From Pseudomonas duriflava (GTDB taxonomy: Bacteria; Pseudomonadota; Gammaproteobacteria; Pseudomonadales; Pseudomonadaceae): a stretch of 40,000 nt of DNA. The position numbers and the translations under genes are program-made. Positions within the stretch are counted from its first letter, which is position 1. Each line of letters begins with the position of its first letter. The notes beneath the pieces were generated by a model. The model did no database searches. It saw only the letters and a program-made list of their open reading frames with translations, and was not told the origin of the DNA. This document shows positions 35,950 to 40,000 of the stretch, piece after piece. The stretch lies in contig NZ_VLKY01000016.1 in the NCBI RefSeq assembly GCF_007830155.1, positions 34,771 to 74,770 of the forward strand. The letters run 5' to 3'.

Positions 35950-36486
35950 ATGGTTCCTATTATAAAGGCGACTGCAAGAGGTGAGCAGTTTGTAGCTGAT
36001 CTTGGAGGCGGTAACGAGCTGATCTGGACTCCCGCAGCAGACCCAAATAACCATATGGGAATCCCCGCACTTGCAGGCGCGCCAGGGCTTCCAAACGTAT
36101 GGGTCTACCCGCCTGGTGAAAAAACCGATCAGGCATTGATCAATCCGGTTTATCCAACCGATTACCAGGATGCCATCATTTGATTCCCAACCTCCACCGT
36201 AAAACCCATATATATTGTTCTTAATAGTTCGCATACCTATCATCCAGCACCTAAAGATTTGCCCGCTTTCCCGGAAGCGAAAAAAGCTAAACCTAAAACT
36301 GCTGTCCAAGGGGGAGGCGGACTTCGAAAGCGATGGAAAGATCAGGAGGGCAAGATATATGAGTGGGACTCACAGCATGGCGCTGTCGAAATTTATAATA
36401 AAAGAGGTAAACACATAGGTGAGTTTAATCATATAACTGGTGAGCAGAATAAAGGTGCAGATGGGAAAAGAGAGGTGGAACCATGA
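35950..36486 (+). pseudogene. 5'-truncated colicin/pyocin-type toxin remnant ending in a colicin E3-like 16S rRNase domain. It is interrupted by an in-frame TGA at 36181-36183.
   Basis: ORFs 35893-36183 and 36259-36486 share one frame. Read-through gives ...YPTDYQDAII*FPTSTVKPIYIVLNSSHTYHPAPKDLPAFPEAKKAKPKTAVQGGGGLRKRWKDQEGKIYEWDSQHGAVEIYNKRGKHIGEFNHITGEQNKG. From memory, the colicin E3 C-terminus is HDYHPAPK...GGGKRKRWTGDKGRKIYEWDSQHGELEGY...HLGSFDPKTGNQLKG. No receptor-binding or translocation domains lie upstream. Confidence 0.75.
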
Positions 36487-36716
36487 ATTATAGTATCAGT
36501 GGGTTCTTTGCTGAGGGGCCAGATGATTCAATCCAGTTTGAAATAGACCTGGGGGATGAATACGATAAGGAAATAAAGAAAATAATGCAGTGGGAAACCC
36601 TGGAAGACAAGGTTGATGAGTATGAAATATCAGATTCAAAAATATCTGAATTTAGCAAATTACTTGACGTAGCGTTTCCAGCGGGTCTGACCTATTTTAT
36701 AGGCGCTTATAGTTAA
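36483..36716 (+). CDS. Putative immunity protein for the E3-like rRNase domain (assigned by position).
   Basis: 77-aa acidic ORF whose ATG overlaps the toxin stop (ATGA), with its own SD GAGGTGG inside the toxin 3' end. This is the typical toxin-immunity arrangement. It shows no evident similarity to ImmE3 as I recall it. Confidence 0.55.
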   Translation: MNYSISGFFAEGPDDSIQFEIDLGDEYDKEIKKIMQWETLEDKVDEYEISDSKISEFSKLLDVAFPAGLTYFIGAYS

Positions 36717-36725
36717 AATCATTTC

Positions 36726-36902
36726 ATGAGAAAAAATTCAAAGGCTGGATCCAGTTATGGAATCAGCAAAGTAAGCCATGGTAAAGCCGGTACGCTTGCC
36801 TGGCGGGTTTGCCTCTACCGTGGTCAGGGAAAAGCCGTAGAAAAAGAGTTTCCCTTTCTTAAGCATGGAGGGAAGGGCTCAATAAGCCTATTCAAGGGTT
36901 GA
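36726..36902 (+). other. 58-codon ORF resembling the N-terminus of AP2/integrase-type DNA-binding-domain proteins; probably a gene fragment.
   Basis: It falls below the track cutoff and I translated it by hand: MRKNSKAGSSYGISKVSHGKAGTLAWRVCLYRGQGKAVEKEFPFLKHGGKGSISLFKG. The G(I/V)S.V....G...W.V.......K....F....GGK pattern resembles bacterial AP2-domain proteins. It overlaps the convergent lipoprotein gene by 15 nt. Confidence 0.25.
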
Positions 36903-37892
36903 GCTTTGTTGTATTGCACATCTGAAACTATTAAGGTTGGAGTATCGTTTCAGATCTAGATTCATACTTCTACGCAGGACGGTATTTGCCGACAACCACG
37001 GGGTTTCAACAGCGTTTGACCCCCGGCTTACCTTCGTTTGTCCATTACTAGGTCCCTGTGGATCCAGGACTGGGGACTCTTGATAATAATCCTTTGAGTA
37101 CCAGTCGTTTACCCACTCTGTAGCAACAGCGCTCATCTCGTATAGTCCTAAGGGACTAGGTGAGAAGCTGCCTACTGGGAAAACCTTGAAGTTTCCCGAC
37201 TCATGTTCAGGAGGATAGTTTTCTCCAAAATTGAGATTTCCATTGCTGGTCGGATAAAGGATGTGCTTGCCTCTGTTCCGTGCCGCATATTCCCATTGAG
37301 CCTCAGTAGGAAGATCGACGGGGTAACCGGTAAGGTCACCTATCCAGTTACAGTAGTCTTTTGCTTCCTGCCAATATCTGGTGGGAGCTGGCACATCCGG
37401 TGCGAAATAGTCCTTAAAGTACGGGTCTTTTCTCTGCTCAGAATCAAAAACTGGCTTACCTTGAATTTTTCGAAATAAGTCAAAGGCATGTAAAGTAGTT
37501 TTTTTACTAGCTAAATAGTAGCTGCTTAGTTTGACTGGGTGAGTCGGAGCATCGCTTTCTATACTAATATTGCATAGCTGTTCTTCAGTCATTCCACACG
37601 GCCAGGAACAGTTATCCTGTGGGTTGAAATCGCAGGCCCAGCCAAAGTCGCCCATTTGAAAGTCGCCGCCCTCTATAAAAACCATTTCGTCTACAGAGCG
37701 AACAACTACAGCCAAGATATCGGCTTTTTCTGGAGCCGTCAGGTTGGGATATTTGCTATCCACTTTTTTTGCTATCTGCTCAACCTTTGTAGGACTTAGA
37801 CTCTTACTGATCGGCAAAGAGGCTGATTCAGAATGGCAGGCTGCTAGCAGGCTTAAAGCAAGAAGTGAGTAAAATTTTGATAGCTTGGTCAT
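36888..37892 (-). CDS. Lipoprotein with an FGE-sulfatase (SUMF1/EgtB/PvdO) domain.
   Basis: Signal peptide plus lipobox LALSLLAAC. FGE-sulfatase domain motifs: FIEGGDFQMGDF, YWQEAKDYCNWIG, LPTEAQWEYAARNRG, GLYEMSAVATEWVNDWY, VSRGSN, FRCA. Confidence 0.8.
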   Translation of the reverse strand: MTKLSKFYSLLALSLLAACHSESASLPISKSLSPTKVEQIAKKVDSKYPNLTAPEKADILAVVVRSVDEMVFIEGGDFQMGDFGWACDFNPQDNCSWPCGMTEEQLCNISIESDAPTHPVKLSSYYLASKKTTLHAFDLFRKIQGKPVFDSEQRKDPYFKDYFAPDVPAPTRYWQEAKDYCNWIGDLTGYPVDLPTEAQWEYAARNRGKHILYPTSNGNLNFGENYPPEHESGNFKVFPVGSFSPSPLGLYEMSAVATEWVNDWYSKDYYQESPVLDPQGPSNGQTKVSRGSNAVETPWLSANTVLRRSMNLDLKRYSNLNSFRCAIQQSSTLE

Positions 37893-38163
37893 TGGTCATC
37901 CATGATCGTTTTACAACCTTGATAGCCTATCATCCTAGCTACTGTTGGCTACCGCGAGCCAGCGCAAACCAGTTGAGTAAGCCTGTTTTACCGACCAAGC
38001 GCTAGTGGTGCACTTGTTGATAAAGCAATGCTACAGAGCTTTCTCAAATCTGACTGTACTGAAGTCTTCGAAGAGGAGTGGCATGGGGGGCAAGGTTAAT
38101 GCAATGCCAAACCATGTCTGGCAATATCAGTTTATATGGACGTAAGTAAGTGAGACATCAGGG

Positions 38164-39210
38164 ATGAATATCAGAAAACGGCTATCGAGGTTCACGCCTG
38201 GCCATAATCAGCGGTTGAAAGAGCTATCATCACGTGTTAACAGCCAAGTGAGCCGTGCGTGCTCGGTCAACGACCTGGTGGCGGCGATACGAGAGATAGG
38301 CGCCTTTGACGAATCGCTACGCTACAACTTGATCCTGCCACGCCTTATCTTGATCCCGCTTTGGGCCATGGTGCTTTTGGGCTTTGTCCTGCTGGTTGAC
38401 GTATCGGCCGACTGGGCCTGGATCCCCGATTACCTGAATACCAGAGTGGTAGGGGCCTGTATCCTGTTTCCAATGCTGGTGATTGCCGTAATTTATACTT
38501 CCAAGGTTACGGACAAGTCTGAGGCAATCAATACACTTTCCACACGTATTGCCACACGCTACCTGGCCATGGCGTATCAGATACGTGAAATTCCGGGTGG
38601 CGCAGGCATGCAGCTAAGCTGGCTTTGCGCAACGTTCAAGGATTTCTGCCGAGGTGTAGAATCCCAGTTTACGGGGTACAAACGCTATCTTGTTGTGGCA
38701 TTAACCGGTGCTTATCAGGGTCAGCTCCAGACGTTTGCCTACCACTACCATCATCTTCGCTATACCGCCAGGTCCACATCAGGCGGAGAATATGAGCTTG
38801 ACCGGTACAGCCTGACCGTTGAGTTTCCCTGGATCAGGGAGGTCTCCGTGCGCGGAGAATCCCTGAGGTCTACGGTGGACAGAGAGCAGCACTGGAAAAC
38901 ACCAAACGTGCAGTTCAATCACCGCTTCAAACTGACCGGTTCACGTGAGGATGCATGCGAGCGCTTTATCAAAGCCGAAATGCTTGAATGCTGCCTTGCC
39001 CTGGCCAATGTTCTTGAGGGTCTAAACATGGAGTTTTCCGCCACGGGCCATCTGTGCCTGAGCTTTTACACTGATCTGATGGCGGTTAGGACTGCTCATA
39101 CCCTTCACAACGCCGAGGCGTTCGAGGCGGAAATGCGAAAAGGTTTCCGCCTGCCACAGCTTGATTTTACCCTGGCTCAGCTTGAAAGGATGAGAGCGCT
39201 CTATGCATAG
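38164..39210 (+). CDS. Hypothetical membrane protein.
   Basis: 348-aa ORF with two clear hydrophobic helices (LILIPLWAMVLLGFVLLV, VVGACILFPMLVIAVIY) followed by a soluble domain of about 230 aa. No family recognised. Confidence 0.6.
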   Translation: MNIRKRLSRFTPGHNQRLKELSSRVNSQVSRACSVNDLVAAIREIGAFDESLRYNLILPRLILIPLWAMVLLGFVLLVDVSADWAWIPDYLNTRVVGACILFPMLVIAVIYTSKVTDKSEAINTLSTRIATRYLAMAYQIREIPGGAGMQLSWLCATFKDFCRGVESQFTGYKRYLVVALTGAYQGQLQTFAYHYHHLRYTARSTSGGEYELDRYSLTVEFPWIREVSVRGESLRSTVDREQHWKTPNVQFNHRFKLTGSREDACERFIKAEMLECCLALANVLEGLNMEFSATGHLCLSFYTDLMAVRTAHTLHNAEAFEAEMRKGFRLPQLDFTLAQLERMRALYA

Positions 39211-39324
39211 ACTCCCTACTCACTGTGCAGCAAAGCTCGCCAAGAAAGCCGCTGGAAGGTCGAGTGTTTTTGGCTGATTAGCTGCGCACGTTGCGCGTAA
39301 GCGACCACAGGATCCCAGCGTGCC

Positions 39325-39344
39325 CTAGCTGCTCAGGCAGCTAG
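39325..39344. terminator. Hairpin between convergent genes; possible bidirectional terminator, but with no U-tract.
   Basis: CTAGCTGC-TCAG-GCAGCTAG forms a perfect 8-bp stem with a 4-nt loop in the 250-bp gap between the 38164-39210 (+) and 39460-40000 (-) genes. Confidence 0.25.
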
Positions 39345-39459
39345 AGCATTAGATACAACAAGCACTGATGCGGTCCCAGGAACCATCCTGTACTCATATG
39401 GCTTCGAGGCAAGGTAACGTTGAGCACGTCTCTGGCCTGTTGCAGCAGGCAGGTTATGA

Positions 39460-40000
39460 TCAGTAAGCCAGTGGTTTGGGGTCCGGCTTGCTGGAGACTT
39501 TCACATACTTTCCGCCTGCATAGACGTTATGACCAAACCCGCAGTAGTCTCCTGTCTGGTCAACCTTGAGCCCTCCAGGCTGGACTGTAAAGGTAAAGGT
39601 GCAATCGTAGCCGGCATTATCGGATGCCATTGTGTGGAAGGCCTTGCCGCCATCGAAGTGGACATCGGCTTCAAAACTCCCCAGGTTTGGACCGACATAC
39701 ATCGCCATCATTCCAGGTGTTAGCCCATCAAACCAGACCTTATAACCTGTACCGTTTCTTTTGATGTTGACCACGTTCCACATGGCCATGCCTACGTAGG
39801 ACCAGTATTCTCCTTCCAGTGTGTTATCAGCCATGGACGCTGCATGCTCAATCTCTGCTGCATACTTTTTGAGATTGAAGACTGATTTTGGGCTGTTGGC
39901 GTTGATCGCCAGCCAGGCCTTTGCTTTCAGAAAGGTCCCCTCATGGGCATAGGTCAGCGCAACGTTGTTGTAGGCTGTGGCAATCGCGGACTCATCCAGC
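39460..40000 (-). CDS. Partial CDS running off the window edge: a TPR-like segment followed by a C-terminal domain of unknown function.
   Basis: The reading frame stays open upstream of the track ATG (39834) to position 40000. Hand translation gives LDESAIATAYNNVALTYAHEGTFLKAKAWLAINANSPKSVFNLKKYAAEIEHAAS-MADNTLEGEYW... The AYNNVALTYAHEG..KA..WL segment is TPR-like. Confidence 0.55.
   Translation of the reverse strand, partial: LDESAIATAYNNVALTYAHEGTFLKAKAWLAINANSPKSVFNLKKYAAEIEHAASMADNTLEGEYWSYVGMAMWNVVNIKRNGTGYKVWFDGLTPGMMAMYVGPNLGSFEADVHFDGGKAFHTMASDNAGYDCTFTFTVQPGGLKVDQTGDYCGFGHNVYAGGKYVKVSSKPDPKPLAY

Noticed and set aside
36259-36486. The 75-aa ORF as an independently expressed free rRNase toxin, forming a TA-like pair with the immunity gene.
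   Set aside because: Its start is a TTG that reads as Leu in the continuous toxin frame, and no SD precedes it. It is more simply the 3' part of a nonsense-interrupted remnant. It cannot be fully excluded without expression data.
1-40000. Search for CRISPR arrays, tRNA/tmRNA genes, att-like direct repeats, IS elements and integrases that would delimit the island.
   Set aside because: I saw no regularly spaced repeats, no cloverleaf-compatible segments, and no transposase or integrase motifs in any listed ORF. The island boundaries probably lie outside the window. Detecting long direct repeats by eye is unreliable, so a self-dot-plot should be run.

Overview
This is a bacterial defence/accessory island. 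The backbone is roughly 55-60% GC by spot counts. I found no rRNA, tRNA, CRISPR array, integrase or transposase. The main feature is a complete Dpd-type 7-deazaguanine DNA modification-restriction system. Its restriction half is a nine-gene plus-strand operon with overlapping stops and starts (6880-24329). It encodes the SNF2 helicase DpdE, the RecQ-like helicase DpdF, DpdG, the P-loop ATPase DpdH, DpdI, the 1478-aa DExH helicase DpdJ, the PLD nuclease DpdK and an extra 727-aa protein. This operon converges on a minus-strand operon (24450-30620). That operon encodes preQ0 synthesis (queD, queE, queC), the TGT-like DpdA flanked by two DGQHR/DndB-like DpdB paralogs, and a DpdC candidate. A third DpdB paralog is transcribed divergently (30799-31875). 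Upstream (1077-6730) lies a BrxR/CapW-like WYL regulator. It is followed by an acidic unknown protein, a DUF262 protein and a DUF262-DUF1524 (GmrSD/SspE-like) nuclease. Downstream are a NUDIX-ADP-ribosylglycohydrolase fusion and a frameshifted DUF4172-Fic gene. Next come a 5'-truncated colicin E3-type rRNase remnant with an in-frame TGA, a putative immunity gene, an FGE-sulfatase-type lipoprotein, a membrane protein and a partial TPR protein. The Dpd family is already published. What looks unusual here is the accessory content: three DpdB paralogs, the extra operon-coupled gene, the abutting WYL-regulated DUF262 module and the strongly mosaic base composition. All family assignments come from motifs read by eye and recalled family knowledge. 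No database search was run.
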